A DNA stretch of 64,000 nucleotides from the NCBI RefSeq assembly GCF_006345805.1, contig NC_043001.1, positions 132,308,001 to 132,372,000 on the forward strand, read 5' to 3'. A program made the translations under genes and the position numbers. Below the pieces are notes generated by a model. The model was given only the letters and a program-made list of their open reading frames with translations. It ran no database searches and was not told the origin of the DNA. How positions within the stretch are numbered: position 1 is the stretch's first letter; each line of letters starts with the position of its first letter. The stretch comes from Octopus sinensis. Lineage: Eukaryota. Shown here piece by piece: positions 13,961 through 27,560 of the stretch.

Positions 13961-14144
13961 CGTCATGTCAAAATGCATTTTTCTACTCATCAGACGAAGG
14001 AAATAACATCATAATATCAAGTAAATTGAAACTAATATATTAAAATAATTCATAAAAATGTGTGATCTTTGAAATAAAGAATACATGTTAGTGATTGTCA
14101 TGATGATGATATGCTGCTGACAATGACAACATTTCTTGTATTAA

Positions 14145-14345
14145 CCCTTTAGCTTTTAACCCATATCAGGCCCTCATATTCTATTTGTTTTATGTTCAAA
14201 CAGGTCAGATTTAGCTTCTTCACGTTGTCCTTCTAAAAAAAAAAGTCACAACATCAAAATCTTGCAGCTACGAAATAATGCAGGATTAATTCAAAACAAT
14301 GTGAATAAATAAGCATTACAGCAGATTAATATGAATGCTAAAGGG
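14145..14345. mobile_element. piggyBac-type MITE
   Basis: TTAA-CCCTTTAGC...GCTAAAGGG-TTAA termini. Confidence 0.75.
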
Positions 14346-14476
14346 TTAAATTTAGTATTTTCCATGTGTCATCAAGTATGGTGTGCTGGCGACAACTCAA
14401 TACTTAAATAATCCTTTCTTATAAAAGAAATAAATATAGTGGCTGTGGAAAGAGAGACAAAGTGCATTCTATAGTA

Positions 14477-14693
14477 TACTCTTTTCTCTTTACTCTTTTA
14501 TTTGTTTCAGTCTTGTGACTGTGGCTATGCTGGAGCACAGCCTTTGGTCGAGCAAATCGACCCCAGGATTTATTCTTTGTAAGCCTAGTACTTATTCTAT
14601 CGGACTCTTTTGCTGAACTGCTAAGTTACGGAGACGTAAACACACTAGCATCAGTTGTGCAGCAATGTTGGGGGGACAAACACAGACACATAA

Positions 14694-14742
<49 letters not shown>

Positions 14743-14872
14743 TATGACGGGCTTCTTTCAGTTTCCGTCTACCAAATCCACTCACAAGGCTTTGGTCGAT
14801 CCGAGGCTATAGAAGAAGACACTTGCCCAAGGTGCCACACAGTAGGACTGAACCCGGTACCATGTGGTTCAT
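14477..14872 (-). mobile_element. SINE family A copy
   Basis: Reverse complement of 8477-8843; head slightly truncated. Confidence 0.85.
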
Positions 14873-14915
14873 AAGATGTAAATCTGTGGAAAGTATTAAA
14901 AAAATTTTTAATTAT

Positions 14916-15285
14916 AGGTGCAGGTGTGGCTGTGTGGTAAGAAACTTGCTTCCTAACCACATGATTCTAGATTCAGTCCCACTGTGTGGTACCATGGGAA
15001 AGTGTCTACTACTATAGCTTTGGGCTGACCAAAGCCTTGTGAATGGATTTGGTAGAAAGAAAATGAAAGAAACCTATTGCATGTGTGTGTGTGAGAGAGA
15101 GAGAGAGTCTGAGTTTGTCACCCCATCATTGCTTGACAACCAGTGTTGATATGTTTACATCTCTGTAACTTAGCAGTTTGGCAAAGAGACTAATGGAATA
15201 AGTCCTGGGATCAAATTGTTTGTCAAAAGCACTTCAAGATGGTGCTCCAGCATGGCTGCAGTCAAATGAGTGAAACAAATAACAG
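14916..15285 (+). mobile_element. SINE family A copy (more diverged)
   Basis: Head, core, microsatellite and 3' body all present. Confidence 0.8.
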
Positions 15286-16352
15286 AATATCATATATTTT
15301 TAAATAAACCAAGCCTAAATTTATGACCAGTTATGGAGAAATGTACTCTATGTATGTATTTATTTATAAGTATATTCCTCTAAATTGTGAATGGAATAGT
15401 GTTACATTTAGAATAGAAAAGAAATTTTAAAAAATGGAAAAATATTTAGAACAAAAAGCAGAGATTTAAAAAAAAATACATATTGTTTTATCACATATAT
15501 ATAGAAAAAGGGAAAAAGGTGAATATTAAATATAACTGAAGAAAACATTGATTTGATAAAACAAAAACCAGTAGAAGAGGTAGAAAATGACATGATGTCA
15601 GTGGAACATGGCAGAAAAGGGACTAGAGAAGAAAATGGATAAATAGACTAAGGGGGAAATTTTTTTTAGAGAAAGCATTGCCGATGTTTTAGTAAAAATA
15701 GACAAAAATAAATGTGTATTGGGTGGTGGGGGATTAAGAATCATCATTTTTTTTCTTCTTCTTGGGCTAGGTTAGAGGTAGTGAAATAAATAGAAATGAA
15801 ATCATGCACAAAGATAAAAACTGCACAGGGGAAAAAAAAATCTTGTAAAGAAGAATATTACTAATGTAAGGCTTAAAACTTGCCATAAGCACTAGAGGCT
15901 GCTGATATCATGGAACTAATTTAGGAGATGAGAACTCTAAAATAAAACGGCAAATAATAATATAAAAAATAAGGTATACAGATGGACCCCACTAAATAAA
16001 AAAAGAAAAAAATTCTTCTCTAACTAAAAAAAAAATTAAAGAAAGTGTAGTAGGATTAACTCATAGATGTAACAGATCAGTTTCTGGATGTAAGAACAGT
16101 AGCAAGGAATCCTTCAAGTTCTGAGCTGTAAACAGAATTTTCATTTAGAACCAAATGCCTACGACCAAAACTATGACCACCCAGCCTTAAATTTTGCTTA
16201 ATATCTCCAATTTTAATCTCTTCATTCTTTGTTGTTTACAATAAACTTCATAACAATTTCTGTCTAAATGTCATCACAAGTTCTTCTCAAGTACTGAATG
16301 TGAAAAATTATGGTATTTCAAATATTAATTTACTTTCACTTCAGCAATACAG

Positions 16353-16401
16353 ATTTCTATGAACTAGTGTGCTTTATTTGGTATTCAGTAACACAAAGCG
16401 G
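16353..16401 (+). CDS. Nested gene candidate exon: (D)FYELVCFIWYSVTQS(G)
   Basis: tactttcacttcagcaatacag|AT...GG|gtgagg; 49 nt, phase 1 to 2, compatible with the ATG exon and with 21868-21945. Confidence 0.35.
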
Positions 16402-16599
16402 GTGAGGCTTTGGTGAGGTAACTGTTCTATCATAAATATAAGATGCACAATTGTTCCACATCTGTGTATCCCAAAACACCTGTAATTAAATTGCAAGTCA
16501 TGTTACTTCTGGCAGTAGATATTATTTTATGTTACATACACTGAAAGTTCAATATCTTATTCACATAGTGATTTCACCACTATATGTAGCGAGAACAGT

Positions 16600-17020
16600 C
16601 AAAATCAAAATCAAACCAAATTGAGGTCGATCAACATCAGGGCCCCTGTGCAGGTGACACGTAAAAGCACCATCCGTTCGTAGCCGTTTGCCAGCCCTGT
16701 CTGGCCCCCGTGTCGGTGGCACGTAAAAGCACCATCCGTTTGTGTTCATTGCCAGCCTGGCCTGGCCCCCGAGCCGGTGACACGTAAAAGCACCATCTGT
16801 TCATGGGCGTTTGCCAGCTCTGTCTGGCACCTGTGCGGGTGGCACGTAAAAAGCACCCACTACACTCACGGAGTGGTTGGCGTTAGGAAGAGCATCCAGC
16901 CGTAGAAACACTGCCAGATCTGACTGGGCCTGATGAAGCCTTCCAGCTTCACAGACCCCAGTCGAACCGTCCAACCCATGCTAGCATGGAGAACAGACGC
17001 TAAATGATGATGATGATGAT
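16600..17020 (+). mobile_element. RTE 3'UTR-derived element with four ~61-bp internal units and (GAT)n tail
   Basis: Repeated ggcacgtaaaagcacc units; 3' end shared with 58366-58630. Confidence 0.75.
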
Positions 17021-17302
17021 GTAGTCATTAATCCATGTTTAAAGCAATCTAATTATGACAATAATAATAATGGCTACAAATTTTGGCACGCGGCTAGCAG
17101 GTCACTTACACTAACCCCAATACACAACTGGTACATGTTTTATTGAGCCTAAAAGGAGGAACAGCAAAGTTGACTTCAGCAGAATTTGGAAACAATAAGG
17201 GCGACAAAAATAAGACTGGACATTACAAAGCATGTAATGTTACTTAAAGGGTCATGTAAATAGTCGATAACAATGAAAAATATAAACAAAGAAAATGCCT
17301 AA

Positions 17303-17617
<315 letters not shown>

Positions 17618-17619
17618 GC

Positions 17620-18160
17620 CCAGATGCAGTACCAGGCAGTGGATCTCGTGGCTTCTGATCTTAACTGATTGGAAGTATTATCATGTACATTGTTTTGTCT
17701 TGGTATAAAAGATGGGCTACAGCAAATATTCTGCTCAATACCACAGATTTGCTTGTCAGTTGCTTGACCATAACCAGTTGAGTATGTCCCTTAGTGGCTG
17801 ACAATGTGATCATGTGCAGAAGTAGTGGGGGAGCATCATAGTCATGTGTCGAGAAGAATTCTTTGGGGTTTGGATAACTCACCTCTGGAAACATAGGTGT
17901 TTCATTCAATATCCTCAAGCAACCCTTATTCAGGGACCTTTCAAGCGGGATGGGCTGCTCGACCTGAAGAAAATTCTAATTGGGCCTCACCTGCAAGGTC
18001 ATGCATTGTTTATCTTCATATGAGATCACCATGTCGCGCACATATGGTTATGATGCATGTGCCTGGTGTACCCTTATCAGACAAGTAGTCATGATGGGTA
18101 CACTGGGCTTCGTATATTTTACTCCAGTGTCACTTTGGTGGCATGCACTGCTCTCTCACT
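17620..18160 (+). mobile_element. Retroposon 3' fragment embedded in (TAA)n, family unresolved
   Basis: Flanked by AAT/GAT repeats on both sides; an inverted partial copy lies at 20666-20894. Confidence 0.6.
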
Positions 18161-18161
18161 C

Positions 18162-18205
<44 letters not shown>

Positions 18206-18240
18206 TAATAATAATAATCATCATCATCATCATCATCATC

Positions 18241-18280
<40 letters not shown>

Positions 18281-18896
18281 AAAAAAGGATACCAGATATG
18301 ACTATAAAGGATGAAAGAAATAGCGTAAGATCATAGATTTTGCAATACCATATGATAATGCAGTGAAGGTGCATGGCTCAGTGGTTAAAGCATCAGAAAC
18401 ACAATCATGGGGTATTGAGTTCGATTCCCAGCCATGGTGTTTTGTGTTCCTGAGCAAGACACTCTATTTCACATTGTTCCAATTCATTCAGCTGTAGAAA
18501 TGAGTTGCAACATCGTTGGTGCCAAGCTGCATTTGCCTTTCCTTTGAATAACATTGGTGGTGTGGCGAGGGGAGGCTTGTATACATGGATGACTACTGGT
18601 CTTCCATAAACAACCTTGCCCAGACTTGTGTCTTGGAGGTGAACTTCCTAGATGAAATCCCATGGTCATTCATAACTGAGTAACTTAAATACTTTGAATC
18701 ACATATTTACTTTCATTCCTTTACATTTTAGTGCTCAAATATTAGATGGGAGGTTTATGGCTTTCATCTATCCAGAATTGATTAAATAAATATCTGGAAA
18801 ACAACTTTATTGTACTTCTATTATTTTGGCAATTTTGTTGACAGTTTTTATTCATAATGTTTGTTTTACAGCCAAGCAAAAAAATTCTGTTTTCAG

Positions 18897-18922
18897 ATGG
18901 AGTTCCAACTATAACTGGGGAG
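18897..18922 (+). CDS. Nested gene candidate microexon (26 nt; alternative acceptor gives 18872-18922)
   Basis: ttctgttttcag|ATGG...GGAG|gtttag; open as DGVPTITGE or WSSNYNWG; second strong acceptor tgtttgttttacag at 18871. Confidence 0.3.
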
Positions 18923-19128
18923 GTTTAGTTAAATAGGATCTTTGCTTAAACATTCATATTATAGCTGTAAGTCACAGAGTATTTTGAAGTGTAATCCACT
19001 TTGGCATAGAGGTTGTAGGATTGATTTCGATAGGACTAGTGTGAACATTCCTTCTATAACCCTAACCAACAGAGTATCTTGAACACAGAACTACAATCTC
19101 AGGAAATAATTTACTTTAAGTTGTTCAG

Positions 19129-19145
19129 ATTTTTACAGCTGAGCG
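19129..19145 (+). CDS. Nested gene candidate microexon (17 nt IFTAE(R); 7-nt and 25-nt variants)
   Basis: ttgttcag|ATTTTTACAGCTGAGCG|gtaagc; strong donor; alternative AGs end at 19120, 19128 and 19138. Confidence 0.3.
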
Positions 19146-19806
19146 GTAAGCAACTATTGTAAATGCTTCTTTGTTCAAAATGTACAATCTTCAGCATATT
19201 AGAAGGGTGTTTCAAGATAGTCTTTGTGAATGTTGAATAATTTTGTTATTATCTTACACACACACACACACACACACACATACATATATCATTACTCCTA
19301 TGAGTGGCATCGAAGTCAATTCAAGGATAGATTCACATGATAGACTCTTTAAATTTGCAAATCAATTAGTAAACTTTCCTTTGAACATTTCTCACAGATA
19401 TCTATTATCTAATCCTCATGAAAAATTGCTCTCAGATAATATGTCAAACATGATATCAAACCAAAGTTAGGAAGAGTGTTAGGAGTGTTTCTGTTGGTCA
19501 ATAGAAAAAAAATGTTATTGTTCACAGAATTATTGTTAATTATACATTGCCCATACTTTTGCAGTTAGCTAAATTGTAGCTACAGATGGTGATGATGCAA
19601 GTTAGTGAAACAGGCATTAATTGCAGAGGTTGAGCAAAGGTTGGAGAAAATTAAAGTAAGCACACTTTTTTCCCTACTGATTCCCTGTTTGGCTATATTC
19701 ACTTTTACTTTCTTCTATGGCTTTACTGATATTACATTAGCTCCATTTTATACACCCAGTTAACATACCTTTCTCAAACAATAACTCATCACCAAACATA
19801 ACAGTA

Positions 19807-20222
19807 TTTACTCTTTACTCTTTTACTCTTTTACTTGTTTCAGTCATTTGACTGCGGCCATGCTGGAGCACCACCTTTAATCAAGCAACTCGACCCCAGG
19901 ACTTATTCTTTTGTAAGCACAGTACTTATTCTATCGGTCTCTTTTGCCGAACCGCTAAGTTATGGGGACATAAACACACCAGCATCGGTTGTCAAGCAAT
20001 GCTAGGGGGACAAACACAGACACACAAACACACACACGCACACATATATATATATACATATATACGACGGGCTTCTTTCAGTTTCCGTCTACCAAATCCA
20101 CTCACAAGGCTTTGGTCGGCCCGAGGCTATAGTAGAAGACACTTGCCCAAGGTGCCACGCAGTGGGACTGAACCCGGAACCATGTGGTTGGTAAACAAGC
20201 TACTTACCACACAGCCACTCCT
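19807..20222 (-). mobile_element. SINE family A, full length
   Basis: Reverse complement of 8477-8843 with (TCTTTTAC)n tail. Confidence 0.85.
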
Positions 20223-21867
20223 GTGATTTTTTAACAATATCCTTTCCAAACTTGCAGTGGTTTGATTTGCATCTCATCTCTTTAGCAGTCAATAAAATAT
20301 TTACCAATCATGCACCATTATCAATTCATTCAACTGTAGCTATCTACTGTGAATTTAATTGTCTCATACCGGTGTAAGACATCAATATTGCTTCATCAAG
20401 GAAGATAACATAAGCTATCTCTAGTCTGACTTCAGTTTCAGAACAAGACATCATCAAATACATCATCTTTTTTTTATAAAAGCTGGTCTTGTGCATAGCC
20501 AAAAGGAATCCATAAAGAACCAGATTAAGCAAGTACTTTTGAACAAATAAAAGCTCCAGCCAGAGTCAAAAGTATGAACCAGTTTTCATTTCCAGATGAA
20601 GCTTGATCATAACACCTACCAACATTCTGAACCCTTTTTATATCAATCCACCTGAGATTAAAATATGAGGCCCAGTTAGAATTTTTCTTCAGGTCTAGCA
20701 GCCCATCCCGCTTGAAAGGTCCCTGAATAAGGGTTGCTTGAGGATATTGAATGAAACACCCATGTTTCCAGAGGTGAATTATCCAAACCCCAAAGAATTC
20801 CTCTCGACACATGACTATGATGCTCCACCACTACTTCTGCACATGATCACATTGTCAGCCACTAAGGGACATACTCAACTGGTTATGGTCAAGCTTGGCT
20901 CTATGGTAAAAACATGTAGTTTTTCAAGAGTTCTGAATTAAAATCTTTTATTAGAATTTAGTGTTAATTTATGATCCAAACATCAGTTAATAATGATAAA
21001 GTTATTTTACTAAATTCTTCTTCATTTAAAATTTAATTGAAGTAAAAGCAGAGTATCTCAACAGAAATATAACAAAACAGTTAATACTCAGAGAATACGT
21101 TTAGAACTCTTTAGAAAAGTGAAACTTCTCTTAATCAGAGAAAATATTACATAAGGAATATTTCATGTTTAGAGCTTCGATGGTGAATAAAGAAAGGGAC
21201 TTAGCAATTAAATTAAAGATAAGGGTTTTATATCCTTTCACCATGACTATAAGTAACTATATCCATGACCTAAGTTCCTCTCAATGACTGATATATAAGT
21301 ACAGTGTATATTATGTAGTTTACTGTTGTAAGCAGTTGAGGCATCAATGAGAATACCATTGATTTGAAAATGCTCAGTTCAAATGGCAAAAAATTTTTGT
21401 CTCGTCCACTTTAAAATTATGGTAATCAAAAAGAAGTGCTGAACATAAAGAATCTTAGGATTATGAAAAAGATTAACATTATAGTTTCAACACATTTTAA
21501 TTATACTCTTAATTCATTTTTTATGTAGTCATCATGAATTAAGGTTTTTTTAAAGTTTATTCCCGTGAAATATTTGCTGTGGATTTAAGATTATTTAAGT
21601 TATTGCAAAGTTCAATTAAAAGAAATTAAATATATTTAAGATTATTTAAGCTTATTTTTAGTCACAATGCAAAATAACAAGAAATATATTTCTATAATTG
21701 GGATATAGTTCCTTGATAAACATTTCTTTATGGAATTCTGATTTCCAGAAAATATGAAACATTACAAGCACCATGATAACTGTGATAGTTCTTTGTATTT
21801 CTTTTCATTTGCTATATCCTAATAATTCTTGAGAATACAATCTAAATCTCAACTTTGTTGATACAAG

Positions 21868-21945
21868 ATGTTTCACTATTGACATAGTTATTAGAGACAT
21901 ACTTTCAGAAAAGTTTCCAAAATATCTTTATAGAATTTTCTTCAA
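21868..21945 (+). CDS. Nested gene exon: CFTIDIVIRDILSEKFPKYLYRIFF (acceptor uncertain; 21909 alternative)
   Basis: Open frame ending TTCAA|gtaagt; phase 2 joins the 22170 acceptor to give IFFNDLKIF. Confidence 0.45.
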
Positions 21946-22041
21946 GTAAGTAAATTGTCATTTTATCCATCAATAAATACAAATCAAAATCAATCTTCTA
22001 TTATTTCCTATGTAGCTTTCAGATCTTTTGTTAGTCTACTT

Positions 22042-22081
<40 letters not shown>

Positions 22082-22169
22082 CACCACCACCACCACTTTT
22101 GGTAATATGATTTGTTTTGTTTTTTTTTTTGTTTTTCTTTTTTGGGTTTTGGTTTTTCATAGTCAATAG

Positions 22170-22279
22170 TGATTTGAAGATTTTTCACACTTTGGGGCAA
22201 GATGATATTCAAGATACTTTCAGAGAGACTTTATTGGCTGCATATCTTTATATTATTGTTGAAAAACTTGATGTTTCAG
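22170..22279 (+). CDS. Nested gene exon: DLKIFHTLGQDDIQDTFRETLLAAYLYIIVEKLDVS
   Basis: Long pyrimidine tract at about 22111-22160, tandem AGs (22162, 22169), open frame, TCAG|gtagtt donor. Confidence 0.6.
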
Positions 22280-22546
22280 GTAGTTGTGACTTTAGTCATC
22301 ACAAGGCATGGCACCATAATTCAATACCTTCATCTTCTGTATAAACCACAAGAGTATATGTTATTATTTCTTACACTATTTCCAAAGCATTGCTATTCTT
22401 TGGGTAACTCTGCATAAAGTCCAGAGGGAAATGCAATTGTTTATCATCGTCTGAATCACTGGACAAAAATCATATAGTGTGTTTAGATTATATAATTTCA
22501 AACCCTATGGGAGAAGTGTCTGCAGTAAATCTATCTCTTTTTATAG

Positions 22547-22567
22547 CCATGTACACTGTTTTGTTAA
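22547..22567 (+). CDS. Nested gene 21-nt microexon: (A)MYTVLL
   Basis: ctatctctttttatag|CCATG...TTAA|gtgagt; frame-preserving, phase 1 to 1. Confidence 0.5.
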   Translation, partial: PCTLFC

Positions 22568-23177
22568 GTGAGTGTAGTGATTATAGGTATAGGCGATGAT
22601 GCTTTTGTTCAGTTGTGTATGTTCTACTATAGAAAGAATGAAAGCTTTCCTATGTATTCATTCTTTCATAACAATCTGAATGTTTATACATGTATACATG
22701 CATAAATTTATGAATTCAGCTCTAATCAAATCTCATAAGTATCTGTTGTTTTAAATAAACTAGAATTTTATAGAATAAATACATAGAGAACCAGTACAAA
22801 TTTCATTAGTGTATATAAAGAATGGATTTGGAAAAGATATTTCCTTATATTCATTTAGATAAGAGAAAAGTAAATTTTCTAGCCTAATCAAAAACAACGT
22901 TATCTCTGAAAGGCATTTGTCATCTAAATCTCTATGAAATACAAAGTAAAATTATATTTAAGTTGGCTTTATTTGCTGCATCCATCTTAGAAGAAAGACT
23001 GAAAAAGAACCCCCCACCACCATCACCTTTATATAGATTGTTTTCAGATTATTGAGGGTTTTTCTTTGCATTTTAAAAATTTCATTCTGTTTCACAATAT
23101 TCTTTACTTTGTTATCTTAAGGTAGAGAAATTGGATTTATCTAATTGGATTTAAATTTTTACTATTAAATTTTGCAG

Positions 23178-23233
23178 AGAAATGTTGCTCTTCAAATTAT
23201 ATTTCATTAAACAATTGCTGGTATCGGAAAACG
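23178..23233 (+). CDS. Nested gene exon: (K)KCCSSNYISLNNCWYRKT
   Basis: aaattttgcag|AG...ACG|gtgcgt; 56 nt, phase 1 to 0, bridging the neighbouring exons. Confidence 0.5.
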
Positions 23234-24091
23234 GTGCGTTAACATTAGAATGCTAATTTCATGTTGAAGTAAGTCTGTCTTTGACTGATTTAATCTCAGA
23301 TTCAAAGGCTAAAGAATGGTTAGCCTTAAAATTCTATGAAAAGTAAAAGCTTTTATCACTTAACAGAATCTGCTATATAAGAATATTTAGGTTTAATACT
23401 AATATTTGACAGCTTAAGTATTACCTGTCTGAGTTCAGCAGAATTCAAAATTAAATTGAAAATATATAGCTTCAGAAAGAGTCACAAAAAGCAGTTTTAT
23501 CAGAATTCAAGGATTATTTAAATGGTTTTGAAACACTAAGTCCAAAGTTGTCTCTGTATTGCCAAAAATCAAACACTTCTGCTCCCACAACATCCAACTG
23601 TAAATTAATTGAAAGCAATTTAAATTATGGAATAGCCTCCTTTACTTTTCATCACCAGATTAGTTAAGTTATGTTTTTGTCATCCTTAATGATTTTCTTA
23701 ATTAGTCTTAATTAAAACTTTTTGGCTCACTATTCTATGTCAATGCCTATTTTCCTATATATTCTTTCATCCCTGGCAATTTTTCTTCAGTCATAATTTC
23801 AAATTACCACAATATTCAATGCACATAAATAACAGCCTATAACCTCTCCAGTCATTTAAGACCTGGAGGCATAGTAAGCCTATTCTTTGCTGATAAGGTT
23901 TAATAGAATTGAAACATGTTTGGAGTTCTCACCATATTGTAAAAATCAACACTGTATTCTATATTTCAGTTATTGAATAGTCTCCCCTGCTATTCTTGAC
24001 CAGAATTAGTCATTAAGATAATGATTTTTTTCTCATCACTGAGGTTAAGGATGTAACTTTCATTAATTAAAAATCTTAGCACATTACATTT

Positions 24092-24129
<38 letters not shown>

Positions 24130-24136
<7 letters not shown>

Positions 24137-24310
24137 ATCCAAACAAGAAAGCACAAAAAAAACACAACAACGCAAGGACGCGGAACAAATATAGTATTAT
24201 TGGACGCTCAGGAAAGAAGGAAAGAAGGAGGGTTTAACATTTCGAGCGGAGCTCTTCGTCGGAAACATAGGAGAAAGAAAAATCCAGAGAAGGGAAGACA
24301 GAGGAAAAAT
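24130..24310 (-). mobile_element. Short microsatellite-flanked Penelope-like repeat carrying a minimal hammerhead motif
   Basis: Minus 24266-24232: GTTT CCGACGA A GAGC TCC GCTC GAAA T GTT AAAC. Confidence 0.55.
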
Positions 24311-24420
24311 ATATATATATATACAGAGAGAAAGAGAGCCAGACAGACAGACAGGTGGAGAACATACGTACATACATACATACACACATACATACATACA
24401 TACACACATACATACATACA

Positions 24421-24454
<34 letters not shown>

Positions 24455-24778
24455 CATACATACATATAAACATGCATGCATAAATACATAGGTACAATGG
24501 GCCAAAGGAAAGTATCATGCTTCAATGTTTGCCTTGGCATGGATTGGATTCTAAGGCCGCTTGCTCTTTCTAATGCTGACCCCATAACAGTATGTACTGG
24601 GTACTTTTTTTTTTGTGCCACCAATATCAGTGAGATTGTCATGCAATCTGCAAGACTACAAAGTCCAGTGTGGGTAAAAACTTTATGCAAGGAGATGAGG
24701 AACAAATGATGGGTTATAGTGTATTACAGAAGGGTCCAAAGCAAAACAGGTTTCTACATCATTACTTTAATCTGTATG

Positions 24779-24821
<43 letters not shown>

Positions 24822-25135
24822 CTATATATCAAAAGAATACTTAATTTTGCCGGCTGAATGGAAGGGAGCAATAAGAAATGAAATGTTTTGCTCCAGAACA
24901 AAACGCATTGCCCAGTCCATGAATGTACCTCCATTGTGTGTATACCTAATATATAAACTTATATATATAGTTCAAATTCACAGAAAACAAAAGATGCATT
25001 CAGATATAGGAACAACAAGCAGGCGTATTAGTTTAGCATTCAGGAAGACTGGAAAAGTCTTTTACATTTTGAGCCTACGCTCTTCAACAGAAAGGATTAA
25101 GAAGAAATCGAATGAGAGAGAATGAAAAAGAACAG

Positions 25136-25183
<48 letters not shown>

Positions 25184-25633
25184 GTAATATGTGACAATTA
25201 TTCGGTAGCCATGATAAAACTCCGAGTTTTGGATGCTGAGGTGGAAATCCATGCCGCCATCTCTTCAGTTATCTGGACATCGGAAAAATGCTATGAAAAA
25301 TGACCATTATACAAAGGAAAATTACTGTGTGATTGACCGTCATTAAGACAAAAGAGCTATTCAAATGACCACTAAGTAAGGGGAGGGAGTAAAGTAAGGG
25401 GGTAAAAAAGTTCATAGTATTCGCGTAAGCATGCCTGTTCTTACCTACACGTGAGCCTGCACCATTTTTATCAATATATATATATATATATATTATATTA
25501 AATTAGAGATAAAACCACTATTAGGCAAATCAAACAATGAAAAACATAAGCCAATAAATAAAATTAATTAATTTATATTATTTTAAATATATATCAAAAG
25601 TATTAAAAGTTTAATAAAAGATAAAGAGTAAAA

Positions 25634-25702
25634 CACTACGATCGTTTCATGGCTGTACAATTTGTAATAATTCGAGTTATGGTTACAGTCAATCTTCAGG
25701 TA
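25634..25702 (-). ncRNA. Minimal type I hammerhead ribozyme-like motif in a (TA)n-flanked Penelope-like repeat
   Basis: TAC CTGAAGA [TTGACTGTA...TACAGCCAT] GAA ACGATCGT A GTG: intact cores, palindromic helix III, GUA cleavage triplet. Confidence 0.55.
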
Positions 25703-26446
25703 ATTGAAATATTTATCTTAGCGATATATTATTTATATAATTACACCTATAATGTATACACAAATACATATTGATATGTGTATACATTTCTGTGTATGTG
25801 TGACTGTGAGTTCATATCTCTTTGTCTTGAGATTGCACCCTAATTGTAAACAAATATTACCCTCATACAAGCAGTGTCATTCATTTGCAATCTGCCATTA
25901 AAACATGTCCAGCCAATGTGCTGTTTGTGTTCAAAGGACAACACATGTAAAAAAAAAAAAACTACCTTGCTTGTAAGCAAGGAAAGGTTTGTGAAAAATG
26001 AAAAAAAGGATCCACCCATAGAAAATCTACCTCGGTGAATTTCACTTGACTCATGCAAGTATGTGAAAGTGGGAATTAAAATAACAACAATGTCAGAGAC
26101 AATTATAGTGGTGATGATGACAATGATGACGATAACAATAATGATGATGATGATGATGTAGCCTATGTTTGTTAGTTCTAAATCCATAATTATTGTCTTT
26201 TACATGTAAGAGTCATGACTAAAAGTAAATTAGAAAACAGGTTAGACACTGGGTATTTATCAGAAACTTATGCTATTTAAAATATTCATTTATCTGCGAA
26301 AAAACAGTCATGTTATGACTACAGTCTATTACCTCAAACTTCTAAAAATGCATAACTTATCAACTCCCATTTAGCACATGAAAACTCTGCCTCAGAAATA
26401 ATTATCATTAAATAAATAATAAATTTTATAGACAAGCATCTATCTA

Positions 26447-26801
<355 letters not shown>

Positions 26802-27199
26802 TCTATCATGTTTAAAGGAAATTATCTATAAAATAAAGGAATAAATATTAAGCAGAACCACCTGGGATACATTCTAAAGTATAAACTTATTCAGTGAAAT
26901 ATTACAGAAGTTGCCTTTGACAATTAGGCAGCATAAATCACAGTTATCTATGTGCATAAAACTATTAATTTTGCTAACTTCAATCAATGAAATGCATTGT
27001 TCTTAAATGTAAAATGCTTGCTGCAATATTTACTCATCTACCTTGGGACTCATTAAACAGTAGGATGCCTGCATGAAAATATGCAGATGTGCAGCAGGGA
27101 TTTAAAACAATAGAGAACAGTAAAAATTAGGAATATTACAGAAAATTGACAAACAAAACCCTGGTCTATGGATATCATTATTTTATATTCTTCGAAGGT

Positions 27200-27560
27200 G
27201 TCTCATACCCACAGCAATTTAAGGCCTGCCTAACACATGCCTGGCTATGATGCCACTTACACAAGCCATACTTACAACAACTATAGGATGCATATATCTG
27301 TGCATATGATTGTTTGCTACACACACTGGCATACATTGATATCTAGAGTTTGCTTAAAGCAATGCACAATTCATTAGGTTACTATTTTGATGAATCACTG
27401 GATAAATCTGTCACTAAAATAAATATAATTTCTAATGATGGTGGAACTATATCTTCAATACAGTTGTTAACATCTTGGATGCAAAGAACACAAACATATC
27501 AGGAATAAATTGTTGAGAGTCAGAATTAATAGCAATTGCTAATGGCATCAATTGGGCATG
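27200..27560 (+). pseudogene. Possible decayed hAT-like transposase fragment
   Basis: Frame YYFDESLDKSVTK resembles the first catalytic-Asp motif (FDES.NK); surrounding frames are broken. Confidence 0.25.

Noticed and set aside
13960-14000. Another CTGATGAG hammerhead core on the minus strand
   Set aside because: No helix II can form between CTGATGA and GAAA, and there is no valid cleavage triplet.
15520-15630. Acidic plus-strand frame EENIDLIKQKPVEEVEND
   Set aside because: No acceptor AG or ATG after the upstream stop; purine-rich low complexity.
16645-16860. CRISPR-like array (conserved ~25-nt core plus ~35-nt variable part, four times)
   Set aside because: The 'spacers' are homologous to each other, the unit recurs in dispersed RTE 3'UTR copies, there are no cas genes, and the context is eukaryotic.
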